Positions 11,301 to 19,585 of a DNA stretch of 64,000 nt are shown here, one piece after another. Source of the DNA: Kordiimonas gwangyangensis DSM 19435 = JCM 12864 (GTDB taxonomy: Bacteria > Pseudomonadota > Alphaproteobacteria > Sphingomonadales > Kordiimonadaceae). A program made the translations under genes and the position numbers. The stretch spans positions 989,241-1,053,240 of the forward strand of contig NZ_AQXF01000001.1 of the NCBI RefSeq assembly GCF_000375545.1. Direction: 5' to 3'. Every line of letters starts with the position of its first letter. Positions within the stretch are counted from its first letter, which is position 1. Below the pieces are notes generated by a model. It saw nothing but the letters and a program-made list of their open reading frames with translations. It did no database searches and was not told the origin of the DNA.

Positions 11301-14300
11301 ACGGCACTTGGTTTTTTGGCGCGGCACGACGGCAAATCAAGCGGCCTTACGTCGCGCCGCAGGTGCTGTGTCCAGAAGGCGTGATCTCTATCTGCAGTAC
11401 CACTTTGTCGGTAGTTCTCTTCGTCTGTAACAAACTCGCTATAGCTTGCGTCAAGCGGCGCCAGTGAGCGCCCGCCCAGCAGCTGCTCCAGTTCGGTCAT
11501 CAGGATACGCAGGCTGATACCGTCCATGGCAATGTGATGGAAAACACACAAGAGGTGCGGCTGCCCATTCCAATCCGGGATATAGTCGAACCGGCAGGGG
11601 GCCTCGGCACGCAGGTCAAAGGGCGCACGCACCCGTTCCCGTAGCGCGTCGAGGGTGTCTTCTTGCGCTCGACTGGCGGGCAGCGGCAGAGTTCTCAGCG
11701 CGGGGCGAGCAGCGACAGAACGCCTGATTACATTGCCTTGCGCATCCTCGTCAAAGCAGTGGTGCAAGCTTTCATGGCGGGCAACCAGTGCATCTATTGC
11801 GGCCTCCAGCTGCGCTATATCTACCTTGGTGCCAAACCGAATGAAAACGGGCATATTGTATGCGAACGACGACGGCGCCAGGCGGTAATGCCGCCAGATT
11901 GGGAGCTGTTGTCGCGAGGCGAGAAGTGGACCATCTGTGCGCGCGGGTTCCGGCGCATCTTCTGGTTTGGGGGCCGGGCGGCTAGCGAACAGGCCGTCGA
12001 TAAGCGTCCGCAGTTGGCCGACGGTCTTACATTCGACAAGGCGTGCCGTGGTGACTTCCGTACCTGTGCGTTCGGTGACCAACTGGGAAAGGCGCGCCGC
12101 AGTCAAGGAATTGAAGCCAATTTCGTCCAGCGTATCTACGTCATCCGGATGTGAATCGCCTTCCAGCGCTTCAAGGAGAAGGTCTGCAGCGGTGGTGCCC
12201 TCGGCCCGGTTCGCACTGGCTAATACATGAGGCGTTTCGGTCAGTTGATGAAGGAGCGGTGCATCCGCTGGGCCGTAGGCCACGCCAACAATAGCTTCAC
12301 CGGAGGCGAGAATACGGTCAAAAGCTTCAAACCCGATAGCCTCAGGAAGTGCCTTGAGGCCTGTTTTTCGAGCCAGGCGGCCAAGCTCACCCGCAGGCGG
12401 TGCCATGCCAATGCCGTCCCACAGGGGCCACGCGACCGATTTCCAGTTCTCTTCCTCAAAGGCGACAGCATCCTCAAAGGCATTTGCGGCGGCATAGGTC
12501 GCCTGACCCGGATTGCCCATCCAGGCCGCGAGGGATGAGAAGGTCACAACCAGTGGGCGGCGTTCAAGGCTCTTGATGGCGGTGCGCAAGGCTGCAACAC
12601 CACCAACTTTGGCATCAAGCACGCGCTCAATCGCGAGCCTGTCAGCAGACGATAAAAGCTGGTCATCCTGTATGCCTGCACAGTGTGCTATCAGGTCGAT
12701 CCTGCCGCTGTGCCCCTCAATATCCTGCAGCAGGGCAGTCATGCCCTGTGGATCGGCGATATTCTGCGAACGGTAGGTGACTTTTGCGCCGAGTGCTCGA
12801 ACTGCGTTAAGAGCGTCCCGTAGTGTCTCGTCTTCCTGACGACGGCCTACCAGGGTCAGCGCCACCTCGCCTTTGCGCGCTAAATGTTTTGCGAGCGCGA
12901 GACCAAGTCCACCTGCTCCGCCCAGTATCACCGCCTGTTGGTAGGCTTTTACTTTGCCTGAAAGCAGGTCCGTCGCCTCAAGGCCGAGAACCTCGAAACC
13001 CGTTGCTTGTTTGCGCAGTACAGACCCTGGCTTGACGGTCGGTATGTGCACTTCTGAGATGGTGCTTTCGTCAACAAGGACACTGCCGCAGTCACGGGCG
13101 AATTCAGTGGCCGCAGTACGCAAAAGTGCTGCGACTGCCATGCCTGTGGCCAGGTCCGCAGTTCGGTATAGCCGCGCTTCACCAGCACAGGCCAACCGGG
13201 CGACTTCTTCCAGAAGCACACCGAGGGACTTTTGGGTTGCAAGGTCTGTGGGCGATTGGGGTGTAGCTGTCGCGCCAGCCAGGGCATGCCAGCTTGGTCG
13301 CAGGTAGGTTTGCCTGTCAGGTGACGGGGCTACTTGCGCGCCAGCATCATGGCGGTGGTCGACCCAGTACCGTGCGCCGGTGAAAGTGTAGGCGGGGAGT
13401 TCAATTTTCTGAGGGCGATGCTTGTCAGCCCAAAGGGCTTGCCACGGAATGTCGACGCCGTCCTGCCAGATGGCAGCAAGAGACCCGAGGTCACCATCCG
13501 CGAGCATGGAACGTATCAAACCCGGTCCACTGGTTCCGCTTAGCAAGCGGCGAACGGAAGCAGGTATGTTGGAAGACTTGCCAGACTGTTCGGCCTTACC
13601 GCCAAGGAAGGCAGCAAGCGCTGATTTCAGTTCCTGAAGCGAACTGCAGACAAAAGCATGGCGACATGCCATGGCGTCCCGCCCGGTCTGAAGCGTGTAA
13701 GCAATCGCTGCCAAACTGACAGCGGGTCTGTGGTCCGCCACTGCGTGCAGGGGTTTGTGCATGCTCGCGAGTGCTGCGGCGACATCACGTACGGTATTTT
13801 CCACCGTTACTTGGTCGCGCGACAGGGCGCCCGGGTAGGTCTGTGACAGCTTCTGCACCAGCTGACGCATTTCAAGGAAATCGAGGCCGAGTTCGGCGAA
13901 GGCCTCGTCGGGGTCTATTGCATTCTCAGGGATATGCAGCATGTCAGAGAGATGTGATGTGATGTGCGCGATCACTTCGGCATGGTCAACCGCTGGCGGG
14001 TGCATAGCCTGCGGCGTGTCGGCTGCATGTATCTCAAGCCATGTGTGCATATCCTGAGCGCGCCGCCGCAGGTCGTCATTCGACCGCGCGGACAAGGGGA
14101 TCAGATAGGCACTTGTGTCGGCCGTATTATCGGTCGCGCGTGGCGCAGGTTCACCCGCGATCACAACGTGCGCGTTGGTACCGCCGAACCCGAAGGAGCT
14201 GACTCCAGCTATCAGTTTTTCGCCCCGTAGTGTTTTCCGGCTTGACGCGAGCTCAAGCGGCGTACCAGCTGTTTCGATATCCGGGTTGAGGGCACCGAGG

Positions 14301-17300
14301 TGAAGGTTTGCCGGCACTACACCAGTTGAAACCACTTGCAGTGCCTTGATAACACCAGCGAGGCCCGAGACGGCCTCAGTGTGGCCGATAGCGCTTTTGA
14401 CCGCGCCGACCACAAGTGGCTGGTCCGCACAGCGGCGACGGGTCCAGCGCGGGCCAGAGAGCGCCATTTTAAGGCCTGAGATCTCGACCGGGTCACCCAG
14501 CCGCGTGCCGGTGCCGTGAGCCTCAACATAGTCGATCTGGTCGGGCTCAAGACCTGCCGCCTGCCATGCGTCAGTGATGACGGCTGCCTGTTGGCTTGGG
14601 CTTGGGGCTGTCAACGATGTTGCCTTGCCACCATGATTTACGGCGGTCGCGAGAATGCGGCCCATAATGCGGTCACCGTCCGCCTGCGCGCGCGAAAGTG
14701 GCTTCAGGTAAAGTGCGGCGACGCCTTCGCTACGCACATAACCGTCCGCATCGGCGTCGAACGTTCGGCAGGCACCTGACGTGCTCAGAAGCCCGGCACG
14801 GCAAAATGCCTGATGAAGATCAGGAAGTAGAATAAGGTTTGCAGCCGCGACTACGGCACCCTCGCAGGCGCCTCGGCGGATCGCCTCGACAGCATGGTCG
14901 AGCGCTACGAGCGAACTGGCGCAAGCGGTATCCAGTGTTTCACTGGGGCCGGTGAAATCAAAAATGTGCGACAGTCGGTTCGCGAGGAGTGATGGCGAAA
15001 TGCCCGTTGGCGTGAAGGCCTCAATTGCTGCGCCAGCTTGCCGGATGACATTGGCATAGTCGTAGCCCGCACACCCTACGAAGACACCTGTGCGACTACC
15101 ACCCAGCGATCTCGGGCCATAGCCCGCCGCTTCAAGCGCCCGCCAAACCGACTGCAAAAGCAGGCGCTGTTGCGGGTCCATAAGTTTCGCTTCCGCAGGT
15201 GAGATGCCGAAGAATGCGGCGTCGAACTGGTCAATGTCGGTGAGGAAGCCACCCCAGTTCATGGCGGCCTGAGCGCGCACACTCTCGGGTACTGCGCGCC
15301 ATTCAGCGGCCCGCTCATCGGGCACTTGGCTGATGCCGTCTACACCGTTGAGCAGATTGTGCCAGAATGCCTCCATGCCGTCCGCTTTGGGGAAACGGCA
15401 ATCCACGCCGACGATGGCGATATCTTCCTGCCTGCTCGGGTGCGGGACAATTGCCCGAGCCGGTTCAAACGTTTCACCTTGCGCGGCGGGTTGGGGCACA
15501 TGCGTCTTTGGCGCAGGCATCGGCGGCGCAGGCACGCGCCGTGCCTCGACGCCAAGGCGGTCAGCAAGCGCGGATCCACCAAGTTCAGCGATCCGGTCGA
15601 TCATGGCGCCGATGGTTCTGAATTCGAAAAACGCGGAGGGTGCGATCGCTACGCCGAAGCTTTGGTGCAGGTCGTCCTTGAGGCTCATGACCGTAAGAGA
15701 ATCAAGGTCTATGTCGGCAGTTGCCATGGTCTCGTCAATGTCAGACGCTTGCATGGAAACCGAGTTGGCCAAGAGCTCAAGCACTGGTTTGACCAAAGCC
15801 TGTCTGAGCGCGCCGCTGCGTGTGTCTACGCCGGTCTCTGCGCTTTGCGCCTTTGCTCGCGGTTGTCCGATGGCGTGCTGCAGCTTGTCAGTGTCGCCAT
15901 ATAGCACCACGCTTTGGTTGCTTCCGCTCGCGATTGCACTTTCAAGCGCGGCCATTCCCACTTCCGCGGGCATAGCCTTAAGGCCGGTGGTGTGTTCCAG
16001 GTGTTCGCGCACATCGGTAGGCATCGCCATGCCGCCGTCTGACCAGAGTGGCCATGAAATGCAGTGCCGGTTGCTTGCTTGCTCTGCGAACTCGCTCAGG
16101 TACGCGTTGGTATAGCCGTATAGGGCCTGACCGCGGTTCCCAACCTCTGATACAAGGCCACCAAAAAGCAGGAAGAAGCGCAAACTTTTATCATCGACGC
16201 AGGCTGCAAGATTGTTCGTGCCAGCGATTTTGACGTCGGCCTCCACGGTCGCGGCCACAGTCGCGGTGTCCAGCCCGGTAATCAACTGGTCATCTGCAAC
16301 ACCGGCACAGTGTGCGATGCCCGTAATTACGCCGAAGCGTTTTTCTACATCGCTGACCATCCGCTCGACGTCGGACAGCTTCGTCAAGTCACACGACCAC
16401 TCTGTGCTGGCACCATCCTGCATGCCTGTATGTGCACGGCGTGCCGCAGCAATTACGGTACCCGCACCCAAATCCGCAAGGTGCTGGCAGAGAAGGCGCC
16501 CGATGCCACCCGTGCCACCAGTGACCAGGATTACATCGTCGGCTGCCAGTCGAATGGCTTTAGTCTGCGCTGCATCCGTAGGTTCAAGCTTGCGCTCGCA
16601 CCAGTTGCCAGATTGGGTGCGCAATACGACAGGAATGCCCGCAACAGTCAGTCCATAAGCCTGTGCAGCTGCGTCAGGTGTGTTTGTTTCAACAAGCGCG
16701 ATACGAATATCGCCATACTCTTTGGCGGCTGAGGCCCAGAACCCACGCATCGCAGCTGAGAGGATATCGCCAGGGCGGAAAAGTTGCACAAAATGCCGTT
16801 TGCCGCTTTGTAACAGCGCCGCCGCCTCAGCGGGGCCTTCGCCGTTGGACAGAACGGTGACTCCAGCAAGACTGACCGTCTCAGGTGTCGGCAGCGATTT
16901 CCATACAGGGCGCAACAGCAGCAGACCATCGCCCGCAGCTTTGCTGTGCAGAGCAGCGAAGGTCAGGCCTTGCACAAGCACGCAAATCGCACCGCTGTCG
17001 TCCAGCACCCAAACATCAACGCTGATGCCGGGTACTGTGGATGTAGCACCGTTGCGGCGGATGACGGCACGACCGGTCGTCAACAGCGGTTTCAACACCG
17101 TAATCTGTGTTAATCCCACAGGCACCATCAGCGGAAGCGGCGCATCCAGCTCAGTCAATGCCGCGACACACTGGAATGCCATATCCAGAAGCTCGGCTGA
17201 CACAAGCGAGCTGCCGGGCCTGCTGTGGCCAGCTTGTTGCAGCGCGATACGGGCTTCCACCGCATCGCCATCACGCCTGATGTCGCGAAGCCCGCGCAGC

Positions 17301-19585
17301 ATGGGGCCATACTCAAGGCCTGCATCACTGAAACGCTTGTAGAATGTCCCGGTGTCTATTGTTTTGGCCGTCTCGCCCAGAACCGGGAGCGTGCCGGACG
17401 AAGGTACTTCACGTGTGCTTAGCGCTTTGAGGACGACAGTGCCGTCCACCGTGCATAATCTGCGTTCATCGCCTGCGGCTTCCAGCTTCAATGCTGCCGC
17501 CGAATGCGCACGGGCGAGCAACGGCGTTTCAAATGAGACGCCGCGCAAACATGTTGAGCCGGTTGCTGCCATAAGCGCGCCCAGCAAGGCTGTACCCGGA
17601 TATAGCGGCTTGCCCCCTACCGTGTGTTCAAAAGCAATAGGGTCATCTGCGGCGAAGGACACGAGGTCTTTCGCATGGCTCGTGGTTGCGGGTCCTACCC
17701 AGAAGTCTTCGGTTCGGTATTGTGTTGTCGGCAATTTTACCCGGCGCAAAGTCCGGTTCACGAATATGGCAAGCCAGCGTTCGTCGGTCGTGCAGCCTTG
17801 TTCAAAGGCATTGGCCAGCACCGATAGTGCAATCGCGAAGCTGGCGCGTATATCCTCCATCTGCGCAGGCATCAGGGCCAGTACCGAGCCTATCTGCTCA
17901 TCATCCAGTGCCTTGCGGCGCGGCGGCGGGGCAGGTTTAGCACGTAACTGTTTGACGGCGTCCGCAGCATCCTTGGCGACGATAGCGCGCCGCACTGCTT
18001 GTGCTGGCCTTCCGGTCATCAATGTGTAGGCGACATCGGCAAGATCGAGTGCTGGATTGGTTTCAAGCGTCGCCGCGAGCGAACTGCATTTGTCCTCCAG
18101 GTCGGCCGCGTCGCGGCCAGAGAGCAGCAACAGCGTGGCTGGTATTTCGGGCACCTTATTCGGCGGCTGCTTATACTCCCGCACCACCACATGCGCGTTG
18201 CTGCCACTGAAGCCAAACGCGCTGACCGCACCGTGGCGCAGGTCACCACTTGTCGGCTCCGGCCAATTGATTGCCTGCGACGCCACCTGGAATTTGCGCT
18301 CATCAAGCGGCAGCAGGGCGTTGACGGGGCTGGCATGCAGGGTCTGAGGAATAAAGCCATGGCGCAGGGACTGCACCAGCTTGATAAAACCGGCGATACC
18401 GGCAGATAACTGCGTATGGCCAATATTGCTTTTCACGGAGCCGAGGTAACAGGGCGTGTCGGTAGTCCGTTCCGCATAGGCTGCGTTCAGCCCCTCAACT
18501 TCGATCGGGTCGCCGAGCTTGGTGCCCGTCCCATGGGTCTCCACATAGCCGACGCTGTTCTCATTGATGCCATAGCGTGACATGACATCCCGGATGAGAT
18601 CCGCTTGCGAGTGCGCATTAGGTGCGGTCATGCCATTGCTGCGGCCGTCCTGATTGATGCCTGAGCCAGCGATGACGGCTAGGATCTGGTCTCCGTCAGC
18701 CTCCGCGTCAGCAAGCCGTTTCAGGACCACAACAGCAACTGCCTCGCCCGGCACGAACCCATCAGCGTCAGCGCCAAAGGCATGGCAGCGCCCAGTGGGT
18801 GAAAGCATGCCCGCCGATGTGGCAAGCTGGTAGAGTTGTGGGGTCACAAGGAGGTACGCACCACCGGCCAGTGCCACATCCGTTTCGCCGCGGCGCAAGC
18901 TTTCGCACGCAAGGTGGATGGCTACCAGGGATGAGGAGCAAGCCGTCTCGACCGCGATGGCGGGACCGCGCAGGTTCAGCATATACGACACCCTCGCGGC
19001 AAGGATGGATGCTGCATTGCCAAGAAACGCCTGTGGCGTGTAGAGCTTGCCCGCATCTTTGAGGAGGCCTGCATATCCGCTTTCGGCAGTACCCACATAA
19101 AGCCCGACGGACTGGCCATCAAGCGCCGTGCCAGCGTAGCCCGCTTCTTCAAGCGCGTGCATGGCTTCCATCAGGAACAGGCGCTGCTGTGGGTCCATGT
19201 GCAGGGCTTCTTTGGCGGAAAGGCCAAAGGCATGAGGGTCGAAGTCCTTGATGTTGCCAACGAACCCGCCCCATTTACTGTTGCTTTGTCCCGGACCGGG
19301 CTCCGGCGCGTAAAGGGCGCTGACATCCCAGCGGTCGCTCGGCATTTCTGTGACGCTGTCCGCACCGTCCACAAGGTTCTGCCAAAGCGCATCGACCGAA
19401 TTTGCGCCCGGGAAGCGACCTGCCATTGCCACCACGGCGATGTCATCGGCGCCGATGTGTTGGCTGCCGAGCTGGTCGCGCGTACCGGTATTCGAGCGCG
19501 CGCCCTGTGCACGACCCGAGCTGGCACGGCGCCCCCCGGTACCGCCGGACTTCAGTTCCTTGGCGGTGATAGGAGTTCTACTCAT
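2396..19585 (-). CDS. Trans-AT PKS/NRPS megasynthase B (5729 aa). Domain order (aa, approximate): KS(45-470)-DH(640-900)-KR(1010-1210)-ACP(1296) | KS(1385-1810)-ACP-like lacking Ser(1870-1945)-KR(2205-2400)-CP(GFNSL 2493) | C(2553-2990)-A(3010-3500, Gly-like code)-PCP(3537) | KS(3593-4005)-ACP(4084)-ACP(4167) | C(4235-4670)-CP(4729)-A(4795-5300, Ser-like code)-C-like terminal domain(5310-5729). No AT, no TE
   Basis: KS motifs TACSSS/TACASS, HGTGT and N(I/V)GH all present; DH HTVGGKPLYP; KR GGTGGIG and GGAGGLG; ACP DLDSL and GMDSI (x2); C domains FHHIAMDG and NEHCVSDG; A domains YTSGSTGKPKG and YTSGSTGRPKG; 8-nt overlap (AATGAGTAG) with the upstream megasynthase; coordinate mapping verified on the YTSGSTG codons at ~4727. 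Confidence 0.95.
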   Translation of the reverse strand: MSRTPITAKELKSGGTGGRRASSGRAQGARSNTGTRDQLGSQHIGADDIAVVAMAGRFPGANSVDALWQNLVDGADSVTEMPSDRWDVSALYAPEPGPGQSNSKWGGFVGNIKDFDPHAFGLSAKEALHMDPQQRLFLMEAMHALEEAGYAGTALDGQSVGLYVGTAESGYAGLLKDAGKLYTPQAFLGNAASILAARVSYMLNLRGPAIAVETACSSSLVAIHLACESLRRGETDVALAGGAYLLVTPQLYQLATSAGMLSPTGRCHAFGADADGFVPGEAVAVVVLKRLADAEADGDQILAVIAGSGINQDGRSNGMTAPNAHSQADLIRDVMSRYGINENSVGYVETHGTGTKLGDPIEVEGLNAAYAERTTDTPCYLGSVKSNIGHTQLSAGIAGFIKLVQSLRHGFIPQTLHASPVNALLPLDERKFQVASQAINWPEPTSGDLRHGAVSAFGFSGSNAHVVVREYKQPPNKVPEIPATLLLLSGRDAADLEDKCSSLAATLETNPALDLADVAYTLMTGRPAQAVRRAIVAKDAADAVKQLRAKPAPPPRRKALDDEQIGSVLALMPAQMEDIRASFAIALSVLANAFEQGCTTDERWLAIFVNRTLRRVKLPTTQYRTEDFWVGPATTSHAKDLVSFAADDPIAFEHTVGGKPLYPGTALLGALMAATGSTCLRGVSFETPLLARAHSAAALKLEAAGDERRLCTVDGTVVLKALSTREVPSSGTLPVLGETAKTIDTGTFYKRFSDAGLEYGPMLRGLRDIRRDGDAVEARIALQQAGHSRPGSSLVSAELLDMAFQCVAALTELDAPLPLMVPVGLTQITVLKPLLTTGRAVIRRNGATSTVPGISVDVWVLDDSGAICVLVQGLTFAALHSKAAGDGLLLLRPVWKSLPTPETVSLAGVTVLSNGEGPAEAAALLQSGKRHFVQLFRPGDILSAAMRGFWASAAKEYGDIRIALVETNTPDAAAQAYGLTVAGIPVVLRTQSGNWCERKLEPTDAAQTKAIRLAADDVILVTGGTGGIGRLLCQHLADLGAGTVIAAARRAHTGMQDGASTEWSCDLTKLSDVERMVSDVEKRFGVITGIAHCAGVADDQLITGLDTATVAATVEADVKIAGTNNLAACVDDKSLRFFLLFGGLVSEVGNRGQALYGYTNAYLSEFAEQASNRHCISWPLWSDGGMAMPTDVREHLEHTTGLKAMPAEVGMAALESAIASGSNQSVVLYGDTDKLQHAIGQPRAKAQSAETGVDTRSGALRQALVKPVLELLANSVSMQASDIDETMATADIDLDSLTVMSLKDDLHQSFGVAIAPSAFFEFRTIGAMIDRIAELGGSALADRLGVEARRVPAPPMPAPKTHVPQPAAQGETFEPARAIVPHPSRQEDIAIVGVDCRFPKADGMEAFWHNLLNGVDGISQVPDERAAEWRAVPESVRAQAAMNWGGFLTDIDQFDAAFFGISPAEAKLMDPQQRLLLQSVWRALEAAGYGPRSLGGSRTGVFVGCAGYDYANVIRQAGAAIEAFTPTGISPSLLANRLSHIFDFTGPSETLDTACASSLVALDHAVEAIRRGACEGAVVAAANLILLPDLHQAFCRAGLLSTSGACRTFDADADGYVRSEGVAALYLKPLSRAQADGDRIMGRILATAVNHGGKATSLTAPSPSQQAAVITDAWQAAGLEPDQIDYVEAHGTGTRLGDPVEISGLKMALSGPRWTRRRCADQPLVVGAVKSAIGHTEAVSGLAGVIKALQVVSTGVVPANLHLGALNPDIETAGTPLELASSRKTLRGEKLIAGVSSFGFGGTNAHVVIAGEPAPRATDNTADTSAYLIPLSARSNDDLRRRAQDMHTWLEIHAADTPQAMHPPAVDHAEVIAHITSHLSDMLHIPENAIDPDEAFAELGLDFLEMRQLVQKLSQTYPGALSRDQVTVENTVRDVAAALASMHKPLHAVADHRPAVSLAAIAYTLQTGRDAMACRHAFVCSSLQELKSALAAFLGGKAEQSGKSSNIPASVRRLLSGTSGPGLIRSMLADGDLGSLAAIWQDGVDIPWQALWADKHRPQKIELPAYTFTGARYWVDHRHDAGAQVAPSPDRQTYLRPSWHALAGATATPQSPTDLATQKSLGVLLEEVARLACAGEARLYRTADLATGMAVAALLRTAATEFARDCGSVLVDESTISEVHIPTVKPGSVLRKQATGFEVLGLEATDLLSGKVKAYQQAVILGGAGGLGLALAKHLARKGEVALTLVGRRQEDETLRDALNAVRALGAKVTYRSQNIADPQGMTALLQDIEGHSGRIDLIAHCAGIQDDQLLSSADRLAIERVLDAKVGGVAALRTAIKSLERRPLVVTFSSLAAWMGNPGQATYAAANAFEDAVAFEEENWKSVAWPLWDGIGMAPPAGELGRLARKTGLKALPEAIGFEAFDRILASGEAIVGVAYGPADAPLLHQLTETPHVLASANRAEGTTAADLLLEALEGDSHPDDVDTLDEIGFNSLTAARLSQLVTERTGTEVTTARLVECKTVGQLRTLIDGLFASRPAPKPEDAPEPARTDGPLLASRQQLPIWRHYRLAPSSFAYNMPVFIRFGTKVDIAQLEAAIDALVARHESLHHCFDEDAQGNVIRRSVAARPALRTLPLPASRAQEDTLDALRERVRAPFDLRAEAPCRFDYIPDWNGQPHLLCVFHHIAMDGISLRILMTELEQLLGGRSLAPLDASYSEFVTDEENYRQSGTADRDHAFWTQHLRRDVRPLDLPSCRAKKPSAVYEDAATHTRTLSPDLRKGLLANGKPGQLFATTATAWAWTLAPYVEDHFVGLMVPFAGRHASKFQETVGCLMNPVILQTDLGVHETFKDALAAFDEGYKLSLEHSRLALADVLSAVGAAGRPANAAAKAQSAFYFQSWLGAATGHAGDIQMERLDLLHHEGEYPLTLEVVDDGSRFALKLKVDSSYCDSATAELLLARYEAVLSSLMSGDDPDRTPHTAQDREIYDAWQHTDLEPVIDRCVHHAIFEQARATPADAAVMVADETQSYGELLDQVACIASGLLGAGVKAGDTVAVVLERGISLPATLLAVMSVGGTYLPMDPAFPAERNRFYLEDSGAQFVICSELTDAADATQLLLTDLLTTEPVPDWDRATTEAGDPAYIIYTSGSTGKPKGVVVSHGALSNFIMAMVDVTGLDASDRLLAVTTVAFDISGLELFLPLWQGASVVISTGFESKDPYRLWDMVAKHKVTTLQATPSTWRLMMRAHKGGVGLKRILVGGEALPADLARTLCAVGEDVINVYGPTETTIWSTAAHVDARERVHIGKAIKNTLLRIVNESGEDCAIGMAGELWIGGHGVANGYWQRPDLTADRFVETTSGQKFYRTGDLVRFLSDGNLQHLGRLDTQVKLNGFRIEVGEIEVQVVEKLGFTDCAVIPVTTEGGTDGLVAFVTGSAKEQNTAPDWEGCKTVLRTTLPEYMVPGAWVQLEALPSTNNNKVDRQKLTALYAAQQADANIKPEHVHTPVDQISRDLRQIAAEIIGLPAQVLDALQPLNLQGFDSLAIIKLTEQLNETFGLQLSPVDLYNAPTLREISALLPRAATAAPIASADIKRGRIQDGAVAIIGMAGQMPGAKDLATFWDNLNEGRVSISNVPSGRWQDTDAAQNHKAGFLEGIDLFDAPFFGMTTQEAASTDPQQRLFTLNCYRAIEDAGIDPESLKGRKVGVYAGAALGDYQRLLEQADGFNAFSMIGMSPSIIPARIAFHLDLKGPTETVDTACSSALVSVHNAVKALQAGDIEMALAGGVYLMTTPLGQMISAQAGIIANDGRCKPFDGRADGIVIGEAVGVLTLKRLEDAVRDGDPIRAVIRGVAVNQDGRTNGITAPSSSAQAALIGKATDVDGLSADDISYVECHGTGTKLGDPIEIEGLRRASLGENAPCWLGSVKANVGHCYQAAGVVGLIKAVLSLEHQRLPGQPDFGEENPLLKLGTGGLRILKQAQSWDVTEGRKRVAGVSAFGFSGTNAHVVVEEWPAAASSPRPNKHHAFNLTSYWPQVSPAAAPLVSKPAGTGDTSDARRMVLMELSALSGIPAADIPADASLEADIGMDSIKLMGLIAKLGRMIDLPQIDAAGIARITTVASLLDLLPKAQSTNGDALPEAHALIMAEFEALSGIPAANISRDANLEADIGMDSIKLMGLVARLSRIAGTASLEASNIAKIVTVGDLLDAISLSSGSTAAPSATLESSPHTATAQVTHCADGRLPISIPYAGYLFLLGHHLIRSSSLCSWLRLEGPLDTGALQEAWQRVVDSQPGCRLIFERRGSSETFSDYQGVLLENPQVPQIAVTDLSALTPAEQDDALQQAFDAALNAEWSLESWPLHRFDVYRMGPNEHAVFLINEHCVSDGIGNQRLLAALMQAYSEVQHGDAATAPVISDGEFATLMSRFNDAADSLSEPMPISEEHGPYFWNPVGREIENFQPDFTVGVTVKSGAETDTLISAASNLGMSLNQLLVLAMARASHTTSGDDHVSVQMPTGGRTIDGIDAHDLVCCLAQNLPVDFSADLLSSSWELAGPLFAAKLARTLAAESDWHVTKAMATTIAGDIPLDPDALRGDLRPLFRGRLRSNIYVPYIGDTGIATTYSDLRVTAYRAGTVNGPATVDVLHEIFDGQLHGSWNYDRGFFTPDEIMRLRSAFEQELAEAVAAGSKHRVSREKTATTTELPPVLVEAVQAVLGPHVNSSDAHALIDRDLGLDSLQRIRILSKLPAVYRRDATRRAALLTAPTLAAMADLMCADDGVDTPDTGSDVPPTAGEEGASAAAYDYDELPIDRIIKQMAATPDAVAVTSANGQLTYAELDDKSHRIASYLIEAGCERGARIGILMDRGCAFIASVIGVLRAGLVYVPLDPSLPTDRLGYIADHAKLALVLCKPVHQNLLNGSAAGESGQPKVALVSEAFATSPAPKNTLPTAAPEDAMLVLYTSGSTGRPKGVQLNHAGYANRLAWHQKQFELKPGEGVLHKTTICFDVSVWEIFWPLMYGGILHTVGSEVARDPWALAQAMRDKKIAVLHFVPSMFGEFLSVLDADAPHAPFDHLRWVVLSGEAFPVAQARKWFELFGKRARLANLYGPTEASIDVTCQVVAEAPPENWARVPIGWATDNVELTILDASLKPVPEGEDGELFIGGVQLADGYLHAEDLTSKAFMMIDPDGHGARRFYKTGDLVRRLPGGAYDHLGRLDSQVKLRGYRIELGEIEAVLSDHADVRQVAVLVENDALVAHIAGNGEDQQSYLEHCAKKLPHYMVPHKVTLHAQLPINANGKLDRRAVQAGEFTPTAVESCSLLPAQSWMLQHFPAPYRWWGTSRFTVNRALDMDRVKAAFATLAARHDALRTVYAQNVDGSWRRRVIAPSEAGSLDLRIIDVQATPGDEREDMIAETMHNCCMAYAIDRLPLDTAVILQEGPARYTFCLANHHVNGDFVSGTILFKDFWDLYEGKELAPPAQQQGDIAKLLEGTDLSADQAYWQKLAGRETTPPALVTDRGIANLERQEVATERYLTASETKRLSTTGRANSGTALYPLLAAAFYMALTEQSGRRDAIISHRMMGRVLGSNLPDFTDTVGNFAVHFPLVVKTGETLPHTAKSVASALAEVPHGGVTYDWLAAQAHGAPSFPYPDEQVTALRLNYLGQILPRTDGDFEFNASQLNQRFAPDDLPRSAEVEVHLSVEKSCLKIRASFVEGRHNGALINELLDRVKVILTEL
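2399..3658 (-). other. C-terminal condensation-like domain (HHVNGDFVSG variant), candidate chain-release/cyclization domain; no TE present
   Basis: C-domain N-terminal pattern LLPAQSWMLQHF...; active-site region LANHHVNGDFVSG with second His retained and DG changed to DF. Confidence 0.6.
3686..5203 (-). other. Adenylation domain, serine-like code D-V-W-H-V-S-L-I-D-K (9/10 to DVWHLSLIDK; EntF-like FDVSVWEIFWPL and LYGPTEASIDVT)
   Basis: Motifs LYTSGSTGRPKG, CFDVSVWEIF, NLYGPTEASID, YKTGDL, NGKLDR; located AFTER a carrier domain (GLDSL at aa 4729) and directly before the terminal C-like domain. Confidence 0.7.
6971..7438 (-). other. Tandem ACP pair after KS8 (module with no reductive domains)
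   Basis: LEADIGMDSIKLMGL repeated twice, ~83 aa apart. Confidence 0.7.
8861..11929 (-). other. NRPS module C-A-PCP; adenylation specificity code extracted by eye is D-I-L-Q-L-G-V-I-W-K (9/10 to the glycine code DILQLGLIWK)
   Basis: FHHIAMDG; FDISGLELF, KVTTLQATPS, RILVGGEA, NVYGPTETTIW; PCP LQGFDSLAI. Confidence 0.75.
13751..13978 (-). other. Second ACP-like domain lacking Ser (GLDF) after KS7 in megasynthase B
   Basis: IDPDEAFAELGLDFLEMRQLVQKL; same relative position (KS then ACP-like then A(Y/F)TLQxGR linker) as the GLDM domain in megasynthase A. Confidence 0.5.
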
